Of a stretch of DNA of 54,768 nt, positions 1 through 9,132 are shown one piece after another. The first letter of the stretch is position 1. Each line of letters begins with the position of its first letter. A program made the position numbers and the translations under genes. The stretch is from Methanoregula sp. (GTDB lineage: Archaea; Halobacteriota; Methanomicrobia; Methanomicrobiales; Methanospirillaceae), in the NCBI GenBank assembly GCA_039698055.1, contig JBDKTL010000014.1, forward strand, positions 1-54,768. The letters are read 5' to 3'. The notes beneath the pieces are model-generated. The model was given only the letters and a program-made list of their open reading frames with translations. It had not been told where the DNA came from and made no database searches.

Positions 1-86
1 AAATCACGAGATATCTCGGCAACCGGCTTTCCCCTCAGCCATCGCTTGATCATTCTCGCAATGTCTCGATCTGATAACTTACTCAC
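1..86 (-). CDS. N-terminus of a putative IS481-family transposase (HTH), partial
   Basis: Manual translation from GTG at 86 gives MSKLSDRDIARMIKRWLRGKPVAEISRDF, open to the window edge, with an HTH-like pattern. Confidence 0.55.
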   Translation of the reverse strand, partial: MSKLSDRDIARMIKRWLRGKPVAEISRD

Positions 87-129
87 ATCGATATTTAGAT
101 TCGATGTCAAATGATTTCGGGATACTACA
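1..129 (-). mobile_element. Probable left end of an IS481-family insertion sequence, truncated by the window edge
   Basis: The minus strand from 129 reads 5'-TGTAGTATCCCGAAATCATTTGACA (105-129), a 5'-TGT terminus typical of IS481 ends. It is followed by a GTG-start HTH-like ORF that runs off the window. The other end is not visible. Confidence 0.6.
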
Positions 130-163
130 GCATGGCAGTTAGGTGAAAAAAGAAATAAAATAA

Positions 164-625
164 TTACCGGCCGTAGGTTACGTACGTTTCACCGAATTGG
201 ACTACATGCCCATCCATTGCTGTGGCAAGCTGGCTTTTATCTGCACCGGGGGGAAGGGACAGGATCGTATCGATGCCATAGACTTTAAAGAAGTAGCGGT
301 GTGTCTGGCCCCTTGGCGGGCAGGGTCCGTTATACCCGATCCTGCCAAAACTGTTGATACCCTGCACAGCCTTTACCGGGAACGTGATTTCCGGTGTTTT
401 TGGAAGGCTCTCCGGTATGAGCCTGACAAGTTCAATGTTCCATGCAAGCCAGTGGATAAATCCCCCGCCTTTGGGAGAATCGGGATCGGTGCAGATGATG
501 GCAAGCGATTTTGTCAGGTCCGTATTTACCCCCCCGACATCGATTTCAGGAGATTTATCTTCACCATCGCAGGTGTAGGCATCCGGCAGGTTCAGGACGG
601 AAATTTTAATCTCAAGAGTTTCCAT
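164..625 (-). CDS. YbhB/YbcL (PEBP, Raf kinase inhibitor-like) family protein
   Basis: DPDSP, FIHW, GYNGPCPP and HRYFF motifs. Confidence 0.92.
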   Translation of the reverse strand: METLEIKISVLNLPDAYTCDGEDKSPEIDVGGVNTDLTKSLAIICTDPDSPKGGGFIHWLAWNIELVRLIPESLPKTPEITFPVKAVQGINSFGRIGYNGPCPPRGQTHRYFFKVYGIDTILSLPPGADKSQLATAMDGHVVQFGETYVTYGR

Positions 626-1031
626 GTGTATCCTCCTCTTATACAGCGAAGATTCACGGTAAGACTGATAAAGGTGCGGGTTATAGTATCCGGCCGGATG
701 TAATGTGACGGAAAGGAAATTTCATCAGGCTCAAAGAACCGGCCGGGGAAAAATATCCGCAATGGCTTTTAAAGCGCCCCTGGATATATACAGGTCTGAG
801 ATCCCGTTTCCACATCTTTAAAGTCTTAAAAAAAAGAGAAGTACTAAAAACACAGGGCAATACCCCTTGAACATGAACTAACGCGGTCAATAATGGTGAA
901 GAGTTCTCATGATGCCAGAACCAAACACCGATCCTGTATTTGTGATAAACAGGATCTGCCTGCTGCTGGTTCCTGTTCCGGGCTACCTGTAATAATCAAA
1001 CCGCACATGCCGGTTTCTGGAGGATAAAAAA

Positions 1032-1340
1032 ATGGATTACCTGCGGATTCTTACCGGGAAACAGGAGCCTTTCCCTCTTTATGACAAGGTGATTGCATGC
1101 CTGGCAAACAAGCAGGACTTCCCCGATCTCCTTGAACCCATCTACCGTGAAGCCATGAAACTGGATGATGAGTCGCTTGACCGGTTCCGGTTTGCACTTC
1201 TGCGGCTCCAGCTGTATGCAGATATTCATAGGAATGAAGACCTGGAAAAAGCAATGCAGATCAAATATGTGGCACAGGTCCTGGAAAAAGTAATATTTGG
1301 CGCGCTCGTGATGGAACGGGAAGAATCTGACCAGGGTTAA
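1032..1340 (+). CDS. Hypothetical all-helical protein (102 aa)
   Basis: Clean ORF with a GGAGG RBS just upstream and natural composition; no recognised motif. Confidence 0.75.
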   Translation: MDYLRILTGKQEPFPLYDKVIACLANKQDFPDLLEPIYREAMKLDDESLDRFRFALLRLQLYADIHRNEDLEKAMQIKYVAQVLEKVIFGALVMEREESDQG

Positions 1341-1509
1341 GGGAAAAAAAGCGCTACCAAAAAGATATTATCGGGGTAATTTGTGCACTGGTGATACCTA
1401 TAAGTGCCCTCCCGTTCAATAGGTAACCAGAAACAATCCGATATATATAACGGGTGAATTCCTCCCCTGTCTTTAAGAATACGATTATCAATCCATACCG
1501 GAGATTATT

Positions 1510-1965
1510 ATGACATCACGCATGCATGCCCCGCACACCACCTGCCCGGGGTGCCAGGAAGAGGTTTTCCTTGATGAGCTCGTCGCGGGCAAATGTCCGC
1601 TGTGCGGGTGCTCACTGGAAGATTTCGAAGAGACGATCGGAGAGTACGAGGGGATACTCGACCGGTCTGACCTGTCGTGGCTGATCTTCAATTATTTCGT
1701 CTTTAAAAAGTTCGTCGATCTGGGTGTCCCCCCCCACCAGATTATGGAATTTGTTGCAACCTATGAACAGAATGCCGAAAAGCCGCCCGAAGAATGGACA
1801 CAGACGACATTCTCGCTCGATGTGCCCATGGGGATCTGGGACCAGATCAGGCCGAAACGATGTAATAAATGCAACAAACTGTTCTTCCGTGGTGGGAAGA
1901 AACTGATCACCGGTGATATGCGCCACACAAAAGTTCAGGTGCAGTACCTGTGCGATCGGTGTTGA
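1510..1965 (+). CDS. Hypothetical double zinc-finger protein
   Basis: CPGC...CPLC at the N-terminus and CNKC...CDRC at the C-terminus; GGAG upstream; T-tract downstream. Confidence 0.8.
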   Translation: MTSRMHAPHTTCPGCQEEVFLDELVAGKCPLCGCSLEDFEETIGEYEGILDRSDLSWLIFNYFVFKKFVDLGVPPHQIMEFVATYEQNAEKPPEEWTQTTFSLDVPMGIWDQIRPKRCNKCNKLFFRGGKKLITGDMRHTKVQVQYLCDRC

Positions 1966-2082
1966 CCGTAAGTCCTCACCATTATCTTTTTTTTAATACG
2001 TTTACCCGACTAGGATATCTGCCCTGTTGGATGTGGCACACGCAGGTGCCTGCATATCATTTTCGTTCTTGTGACCGGGTGA

Positions 2083-3165
2083 TCAATCCCGTAATGAAAC
2101 CACGATGATAATGCCGATAATAACCAAAGCGGCAAGACTGATGATAAGCGGGAAAAATACGTCCAGACCTGCAACTTCACTGGGTGATTCAGGAAGGGGG
2201 GTTGGTGAGAGAACATTAGACTCCCTGATGGTAAGAAGGGCTGTTCCAAGGACATCATCGTCTGATTTCAGCCATCCCACCCGGACAGAATAATTACCCG
2301 CGGATAATCCCGGGGAACTGAGCGTAAATGACCACGAGTTCCGGTTGGTTCCTGCGACGACAGGTACCGGTTTTGATACTATCACGGCGCCGGATTGCCG
2401 GTCAATAATCGCAACACGGAGTGTATTTTCAGGACCGACCTGTGTCGTTCCGGTGATGGTAATCTGTTCGCCGGTGGTCTGGGTTGGCAGGTGTAAATCG
2501 GCATGGGCATCCAGAATTTTATTGAAATTCACCTCAGGATCTTCAACGGAAATATAGGCTGAGGTAAAACTATCATCCGTTTTTGAACGATTCACGGCAC
2601 TAAGGATGGTGTCAACTGCCGGGTGGACATCTCCCCTCAGGTTATCCTTCAGGCCGATTTGATCGATTATTTTACCCATATTTGCTATCTTTATCCCGTC
2701 TGACCAGTACAGTGGCTCGATCTCAAGTCCCCCATTTTTACCGGGGTCCTGCACAAGCACTGCGTACTGCCCGGTGGAAAATTTCCGGGTCTCCTCAGGT
2801 TTGATTACAAAGGTAAGCATACCTTTTTTATCAGGATTAACCGTTTTGACGTCAAAATACTGGCGGCCGATTACCCAGACGGCACAGGTTCCGTTTGTTG
2901 CCTGCGTCCCGCTGAGCGTCATCGTGTCGCCTTTTACAAGGACCTGTGGTGAACTGGCAGTGAGCGTGATTTCACCAGCGGCGGCAGGGAGGACACAGAA
3001 ATGTATGAGCAGGATGAGTACTCCTAATGCAATTATTCTGTGTGATGACAACCAGTTCCCCCCGCGTGTATCGTACTTATTATTTGAGTGGATGGGAATT
3101 GATAAAGGATTTCCGTCTTTGTATTGACCGGTATGAAAACTGGATGCGTGCTGATGTAATGGCAA
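2083..3165 (-). CDS. Secreted, C-terminally anchored Ig-like surface protein (DUF3821-like); true start may be downstream
   Basis: Hydrophobic signal ending LPAAA, beta-rich Thr/Ser body, Pro-rich linker and C-terminal TM helix. Confidence 0.7.
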   Translation of the reverse strand: MPLHQHASSFHTGQYKDGNPLSIPIHSNNKYDTRGGNWLSSHRIIALGVLILLIHFCVLPAAAGEITLTASSPQVLVKGDTMTLSGTQATNGTCAVWVIGRQYFDVKTVNPDKKGMLTFVIKPEETRKFSTGQYAVLVQDPGKNGGLEIEPLYWSDGIKIANMGKIIDQIGLKDNLRGDVHPAVDTILSAVNRSKTDDSFTSAYISVEDPEVNFNKILDAHADLHLPTQTTGEQITITGTTQVGPENTLRVAIIDRQSGAVIVSKPVPVVAGTNRNSWSFTLSSPGLSAGNYSVRVGWLKSDDDVLGTALLTIRESNVLSPTPLPESPSEVAGLDVFFPLIISLAALVIIGIIIVVSLRD

Positions 3166-3256
3166 ATCCGGTCATCGGCAAATAAAGTGCCGGGAACGGG
3201 CGCATAAAAAAAGGGTGGTGAACTGCTGTAATCCCTCAAATCCCCGGCAAATCCGT

Positions 3257-4693
3257 TTAGTATGTCCGCCCGACAAGCGTTGCCTTGCCCGGCTTGCCGC
3301 AGACGATACATGCTCCTTCGCCCTCGCTGACATAAGGTGAACGCACGTCAGTTCCAAGGATGCTGGAACTGGTTTTTTCTTCAATGATATCGGCGCATCC
3401 CTTGTCCTGGCACCAGTGCACAACGGCAACTTTTCCGTCATTGAGCGCCCCGTTCAGAACGTCAATGGATGATGCCGCACAAAGATGATGCCGGGTGTGC
3501 TGTTCGGCGGCAGTCCTGATAGTATCGGTGATTTCCTTAAGTACCCCTGTGACACCATCAGCTGCCGTGGCAAGTTCAATTGATGTCTTCTCCCCGGTTC
3601 GTTTTACCGCCATTGCTTTTCCGGCATCCAGGTCTCTTGGCCCCAGTTCGAGACGGAGCGGGACACCGCGGAGTTCCCACCAGTAATATTTTGCACCGGG
3701 CCTCATGTCACGGGTGTCCAGCTGTACCCTGAAACCTGCAGCAGTCAGGTCCTTTTTGAGCTGCTCTGCCGCTGCCATTACATCTTCATGTCGTTTGCCG
3801 ATCGTAATTGGCACAATAATTGCCTGGACCGGTGCAGCAATGGGGGGAAGGATAAGCCCCTTGTCATCCCCGTGCATACTGATCAGGGCAGCGATACACC
3901 GCTCCGAGATGCCATAACAGGTCTGGTTGACAAGTTTCTGCTCCCCGTTCTTATCCTCGTACGTGATCGAGAATGTTTTTGAAAAATGCTCCCCTAAATG
4001 GTGGACCGTCCCGATCTGGAGCGTTTTGCCGTTGGGCATAATCGTATCGACCGCGATCGTGTAATCCGCTCCCGGGAACTTATCCCAGTCAGGACGCCGG
4101 GAGATGATGATGGGGATACAGAGACTCTCATAAAATTCCCGGGAGAGGGCTATCTCGGACTCCACCTGCTTCTCTGCTTCGTCCCATGTCGCATGCACGG
4201 TGTGTGACTCCATAAACGACGTGATCTCCCGGAGCCGGATCAATGGACGGGTCTGTTTTGTCTCGTACCGGAACGTGTTCACGATCTGGTAGAGTTTGAG
4301 GGGGAGGTCTGCATGGGACCTGACCCAGAGGGCATACATCGGGTAGATTGCCGTTTCGCTTGTTGGGCGCAGCGCCAGTTTCACATCAAGCGGTGTCGTG
4401 CCGCCATGGGTTACCCAGTACACCTCATTTTCGAAACCTTTGATATGCTCTGCCTCTTTCATGAACTCCTGTTCGGGGATCAGGAGGGGAAAAAGCGTCT
4501 CCTGGTGATCCCGGTCAAGCAGTTCCCGCAGGTGCTGGTATACGATCCTGCGGATGGCAAACCCGTACGGGAACCAGACATAGAGCCCCTTGACCGGGTA
4601 GCGGACATCCATGATCTCCGCACGCCAGAGGAGTTCGTTATACCACTCGGAAAAATCCACCTTTTTTGGCAGGGCGCCTGCATCCTCGTCCAT
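3257..4693 (-). CDS. proS: Proline--tRNA ligase (archaeal/eukaryotic type)
   Basis: [22 protein letters not shown] and TCYGISER motifs; C-terminal Zn domain ending in Tyr. Confidence 0.97.
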   Translation of the reverse strand: MDEDAGALPKKVDFSEWYNELLWRAEIMDVRYPVKGLYVWFPYGFAIRRIVYQHLRELLDRDHQETLFPLLIPEQEFMKEAEHIKGFENEVYWVTHGGTTPLDVKLALRPTSETAIYPMYALWVRSHADLPLKLYQIVNTFRYETKQTRPLIRLREITSFMESHTVHATWDEAEKQVESEIALSREFYESLCIPIIISRRPDWDKFPGADYTIAVDTIMPNGKTLQIGTVHHLGEHFSKTFSITYEDKNGEQKLVNQTCYGISERCIAALISMHGDDKGLILPPIAAPVQAIIVPITIGKRHEDVMAAAEQLKKDLTAAGFRVQLDTRDMRPGAKYYWWELRGVPLRLELGPRDLDAGKAMAVKRTGEKTSIELATAADGVTGVLKEITDTIRTAAEQHTRHHLCAASSIDVLNGALNDGKVAVVHWCQDKGCADIIEEKTSSSILGTDVRSPYVSEGEGACIVCGKPGKATLVGRTY

Positions 4694-4703
4694 GAAAAAC
4701 CTT

Positions 4704-5270
4704 CTAAACCACTAATTGTATGACGAGTGGCGTAATAAAAGCCTCGACTGTTGCTGCGATGGCAACGAGAGGAATGACGTACATAAGGAAGATGAGGGCA
4801 TACCTGCGTGCATCTAGGGCAGCATCCGCACCACCGTACCATTCAGAGATTAGCGACTGTGCGAGCATGATGCCCAGCGCTCCGGAAATTATGAACGCGG
4901 GGATCTCGAAAATTCCGTGGGGGACAATGGCAGCAGCGACAAATAATGCCGAGTGATCCTGGTGGACGATCTCCATGATTGCTCCAATTACAATCCCGTT
5001 GAGGCTCATGATAAATATTGTAAAAATCCCAAATGAAGCGCCTCCCAACAGGAGCAGGATGCACGCTTCAAGGTTGTTGGTTAAGAGTTTACCCCACAGA
5101 TCAAGCGTGTTTCCACCATTCATCTGTCCGGCAACTTCCTTCTGGAACAGCGCCATCAGGTCTTCACCCATCTGTGGGTTATGGGCGGTTCCCACCCATC
5201 CAACCGTTATGGTCGCAAAGAAAAGAAGGAAAGTGATGATAAGGGCGTTTGTCAGCCGCCCATCAGACAT
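4704..5270 (-). CDS. SpoIIM (DUF95) family membrane protein
   Basis: [13 protein letters not shown] and EAFITP motifs. Confidence 0.9.
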   Translation of the reverse strand: MSDGRLTNALIITFLLFFATITVGWVGTAHNPQMGEDLMALFQKEVAGQMNGGNTLDLWGKLLTNNLEACILLLLGGASFGIFTIFIMSLNGIVIGAIMEIVHQDHSALFVAAAIVPHGIFEIPAFIISGALGIMLAQSLISEWYGGADAALDARRYALIFLMYVIPLVAIAATVEAFITPLVIQLVV

Positions 5271-6129
5271 AAAGTACCATCCGTGTCAGGTCCCGGACTC
5301 CCGGTGCAAACCCGACGACGATCATCGCAAGCAGCACGAGGTGCCAGAATGCCGGGTTGGCCTCTTTGCGGTATAACTGCATGATATAGATCGCAGGGAA
5401 GAGAACGACGAGTTTGAGCGGGAACATGACAAACGCGGTGCCGGTCATACTGATCAGCGAAGAGCCGACGACATGTTGTTCGATGTAATGTACTGATGGG
5501 TGCATGTCAATGCCATAACTGGTGGCACTCGCATCGAGCATGTGCCCGAAGATGAGGACAAGGTAGAGGGGATCATTGACATACGTCCATTTCAGGACAT
5601 ACCGGATAAATGCCCAGATCCCGGCTGTTGCCGTTATTGCCATCAGCGGGATAATACAAAGGACAAAGAGATCGATGCGGGTATGGGTAATGCCCCATGC
5701 AGCAAGAATAAACATGACAACCAGGATTGCCATGCACCCGGCACCGGCATAGAACGAGTAAAAATTTTTTATTAACCCCTGGATCTTGAGATACCGGGCA
5801 AGAAAGATCATACCTATCGTAAAGAAAAAAAGCACGAAGTATATCGGGGGAGTCACGATCAGGAACTGGAGGTCGCCGGTGATCATACCGGTATCCTGGA
5901 TGACCCTAAGCACTCCGCCAAGGATTACATAGGGAAGCGTGGCAAGAACAAACGAACCGTCAAAAGCAATCCCGATATCTGACAGCCACGTGGATTTTGA
6001 CATCCACCGGTAGAGCAGGTAAACACAGATGATAAGGATTATCGCATAGGTCAGTGTTTCTACAACATTGTAGGGTTCACCGTATTTCACGGGATCGATG
6101 TAATATTTGTAGATGAACTCACTAATCAT
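5263..6129 (-). CDS. DUF63 family multi-pass membrane protein
   Basis: YNVVETLTYA, GGVLRVIQD, HMLDASAT, EQHVV and GFAPGVRD motifs. Confidence 0.85.
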   Translation of the reverse strand: MISEFIYKYYIDPVKYGEPYNVVETLTYAIILIICVYLLYRWMSKSTWLSDIGIAFDGSFVLATLPYVILGGVLRVIQDTGMITGDLQFLIVTPPIYFVLFFFTIGMIFLARYLKIQGLIKNFYSFYAGAGCMAILVVMFILAAWGITHTRIDLFVLCIIPLMAITATAGIWAFIRYVLKWTYVNDPLYLVLIFGHMLDASATSYGIDMHPSVHYIEQHVVGSSLISMTGTAFVMFPLKLVVLFPAIYIMQLYRKEANPAFWHLVLLAMIVVGFAPGVRDLTRMVLYV

Positions 6130-6141
6130 TCATGATCTGGA

Positions 6142-7221
6142 ATGAGCGCAGATAACATAAAAGTACTCAAAGTGAAGGTCTTTGACAAGTCCAAGTGGAT
6201 GCAGCTGCCCCGTGATGTGGTCATAGGCCACGATGTGCTCGCGCAGATCCTCCCTGTCTGCGATGATCTGAAACTGGGACACTCTGCGCTTTTAATCTCG
6301 GGACACAGCACGATGGACCGTGCGGGAGCGACTGTAAAAGACCTGTTGTCGGCCTCCTGCAAAGTAACGACGCTCATTTCTGAAGAGATCAGTATCCCGG
6401 TGATAAAAAAAGCGGAAAAATCCGCTGCTGATGTTGATTTTGTTATTGGTGTTGGTGGCGGGCGGGTAATTGATATGGCAAAGATTGTGTCGTATAATAC
6501 CGACCACCCCTTTATCTCTGTCCCGACTGCCGCGTCGCATGACGGTATCGCATCTGCACGGGCATCAGTACCCACGGATGAAGGGGCCGTTTCACTTGAA
6601 GCACACCCGCCGATTGCGATCGTTGCAGATACCGGTATTATTGCAGCTGCCCCGCACCGGCTGCTGGCGTCAGGGTGCGCAGATGTGATCTCCAACTATA
6701 CTGCAATCCTTGACTGGGAGCTTGCCCACCGTGTCAAAGGCGAACCGATGAGCGAGTATGCCATGGCGCTTTCAAAGATGACCGCAGAGATCCTTGTGAA
6801 CAACGCCCACCTGATCAAACCCCACCAGGAGCAGTCTGCATGGTTTGTCACAAAAGCGCTGGTATCAAGCGGGGTAGCGATGAGTATTGCCGGGTCCTCA
6901 CGGCCGGCAAGCGGGGGAGAGCACAAATTTTCCCATGCTCTGGATCGGCTCGCCCCGGGTAAAGCGCTTCACGGTGAAAGCTGCGGGATCGGAACGATCA
7001 TTTCCATGTACCTGCACGGGGGCGACTGGCGGGGTATCAGGGCCTCGCTGCGAACTATTGGTGCCCCGGTGACTCCTGCAGATGTCGGTATCGACGATGC
7101 AATTGCCGTAGAAGCACTTCTCATGGCAAAGACTATTCGTCCTGAGCGTTTCACTATCTTTGATATGGGTATTACGCAGGAATCCGCGGAGATGCTCATC
7201 CAGATGCTGTATAAGGATTGA
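6142..7221 (+). CDS. egsA: NAD(P)-dependent glycerol-1-phosphate dehydrogenase
   Basis: GVGGGRVID, PTAASHDGIAS, SRPASGGEHKFSHALD and LHGE motifs. Confidence 0.96.
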   Translation: MSADNIKVLKVKVFDKSKWMQLPRDVVIGHDVLAQILPVCDDLKLGHSALLISGHSTMDRAGATVKDLLSASCKVTTLISEEISIPVIKKAEKSAADVDFVIGVGGGRVIDMAKIVSYNTDHPFISVPTAASHDGIASARASVPTDEGAVSLEAHPPIAIVADTGIIAAAPHRLLASGCADVISNYTAILDWELAHRVKGEPMSEYAMALSKMTAEILVNNAHLIKPHQEQSAWFVTKALVSSGVAMSIAGSSRPASGGEHKFSHALDRLAPGKALHGESCGIGTIISMYLHGGDWRGIRASLRTIGAPVTPADVGIDDAIAVEALLMAKTIRPERFTIFDMGITQESAEMLIQMLYKD

Positions 7222-7233
7222 TGAGGAACCTCC

Positions 7234-7680
7234 ATGACAGAATCAAAAACCAAAGTGACCCTTATCGGGACTATACTGGCAAAACCGGGCATTGAGTTTA
7301 TTTACGAAGGAGAATGCGCCGAGTGCGGCACCTGTAAGGTCAAAAAAGCGTGCAATAACCTGACAAAAGGCCACCGGTACCGGATCGTCACGGTCAGGAG
7401 CACTCACCATGAATGTGCGGTACATTTAAACGGGGCGACCGCTGTCGAGGTCCTGGATGCACCGGTAACGATGCTCATCAATTCAGACATGGCGATGATC
7501 AATTCCAAAGTGCGGATTGAGTTCTCCTGCAATAAATCGGACTGCAAAAGTTATCCGCTCTGCCATCCCGATGGCGTAGTGGAGAATGAAAAATATATCG
7601 TTGCAGATGTTCTGGGTAAAGCTCCCAATATCTGTGAAAAAGGGCGGATCCTTAAACTCGTGGAGATCAAGCCTGCATGA
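7234..7680 (+). CDS. UPF0179 family Cys-rich protein
   Basis: VTLIG..LAKPG.EF.Y start, CxxCxxxxxC..L..G.RY; follows egsA. Confidence 0.88.
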   Translation: MTESKTKVTLIGTILAKPGIEFIYEGECAECGTCKVKKACNNLTKGHRYRIVTVRSTHHECAVHLNGATAVEVLDAPVTMLINSDMAMINSKVRIEFSCNKSDCKSYPLCHPDGVVENEKYIVADVLGKAPNICEKGRILKLVEIKPA

Positions 7681-7910
7681 CAGGGATATATCCAGTACTC
7701 AGTTGTCTGCTTGCCGGGATTTTAGCAATCCTGTTTTTAGCTGCCCCGGCTTCATGTGAAAAAATCTTCTTACGCTGATGGGATTTCAGCCTGCACGTGT
7801 TTTAAAAAACATCTGTCTGTATGAGGAAGAATGGGTATTGTGGATAATTCCATTTCAGATTGTCCCTGTCTAAAAAAAGTACCTGAAATGCAATCACTGG
7901 CATCGGGGGC

Positions 7911-8774
7911 TCATTTCACCCGCGCCTGCCAGAGCCTCTCCCCAAGCACAACAAGTCCCCCATATCCTTCAAGTTTGTTTTTCCACCGGGCCGGGATTGC
8001 CCCAAGCCCCCAGTATGCCCCGGCAAGCGCACCGGTGCATGCACCAACGGTATCCGCGTCGCCCCCCAGGTTGATTGCGGAGAGAACTGCGCCTTCGAAC
8101 GTTTTTGCGTGCATGAAACTAACGAGGGCTGCATGAGAGCAGAGGAGGGCATCAAGCGAAGGCTCCGGAATATGCCGGTCAAAATTCCCGAGCATGGAGA
8201 GGACTTCTTCATGGGTACAGAGCGAGCGTGCATGCCGGTACGCCTGCATGCGGGAAGCGCCACGGCAGAGATCGCTTGTCATTACGTTCAGCCATGCGGA
8301 ACAGTGAGCCCCGACCGGATCATAATGTGTGAGACGGGAGCAGGCAATGCTTATACGGTACGCCTCGTCAGCCGGATAAAAAATGCCGACAGGAAATCCT
8401 CTCATTACGCTGCCATTGCTCCGGCTGCCGTGATGCTGTTTATGGACAAGCCATGCAGCTTGTTGCGGCAGGGTTCCTTTTTTGATCAATGCAAAGAATC
8501 CGGATGATGTCGGACCGTACCATTCCGGGCGTTTTTCAAAACCGGTAAGTAACCGCTGTACGAGGTCTGATGGGTTAAATTCCCGTGAAAACACCAGTGA
8601 TTCTGCTACAGCCACTGCCTGAAGGGTGTCGTCAGTGAACTGGCCGGTTTTCCGGAAATGACGCCCTCCGGGAAGCATTTCCGTTATCCACGCCCCAGAT
8701 TGGGCAGATCCTTCAAGTGGCGCACCCATTGCGTCCCCAATTGCCAGTCCAGCAAGAGATCCCGGTGCGTTCAT
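7911..8774 (-). CDS. ADP-ribosylglycohydrolase (DraG/ARH) family protein
   Basis: GLAIGDAMGAP, GQFTDDT, SNGSVMR, LTH and GGDADT motifs; ATG at 8774 preferred. Confidence 0.92.
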   Translation of the reverse strand: MNAPGSLAGLAIGDAMGAPLEGSAQSGAWITEMLPGGRHFRKTGQFTDDTLQAVAVAESLVFSREFNPSDLVQRLLTGFEKRPEWYGPTSSGFFALIKKGTLPQQAAWLVHKQHHGSRSNGSVMRGFPVGIFYPADEAYRISIACSRLTHYDPVGAHCSAWLNVMTSDLCRGASRMQAYRHARSLCTHEEVLSMLGNFDRHIPEPSLDALLCSHAALVSFMHAKTFEGAVLSAINLGGDADTVGACTGALAGAYWGLGAIPARWKNKLEGYGGLVVLGERLWQARVK

Positions 8775-8851
8775 GGTTGATAATATAAATCTCACCAATA
8801 AGGTATATCTGCCGAACAGAAAAATTAACTTTTATCAAGAAAGGTGATAGT

Positions 8852-9127
8852 GTGCAAAAGGAAGAGTTGCTGCATTTACATATGCTGATGGTTCATATCA
8901 GAAAGTATTACGAAGGCATCACCAGTGAAGAAATTGAGACAGAGCGATATGATGCGCTCCAGATCTCGCCTGTTCATATACATAAGGATAAAAAAGCCCA
9001 TAAAGAAGCTCTTCTGACGCTGGGCGAAGAGATTGTGTTACATATCAACGGTCACCACCATATGCATGTGGTGAACTATTCTGCCGAGACTGCAACTGCA
9101 TCGACGCAGGTCGCAGTCGAACATTAA
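8852..9127 (+). CDS. UPF0058 family protein
   Basis: MQKEELLHLH and ISPVHIHK..K..HK.A motifs; GTG start after an AGGTGA RBS. Confidence 0.88.
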   Translation: MQKEELLHLHMLMVHIRKYYEGITSEEIETERYDALQISPVHIHKDKKAHKEALLTLGEEIVLHINGHHHMHVVNYSAETATASTQVAVEH

Positions 9128-9132
9128 TCGTT

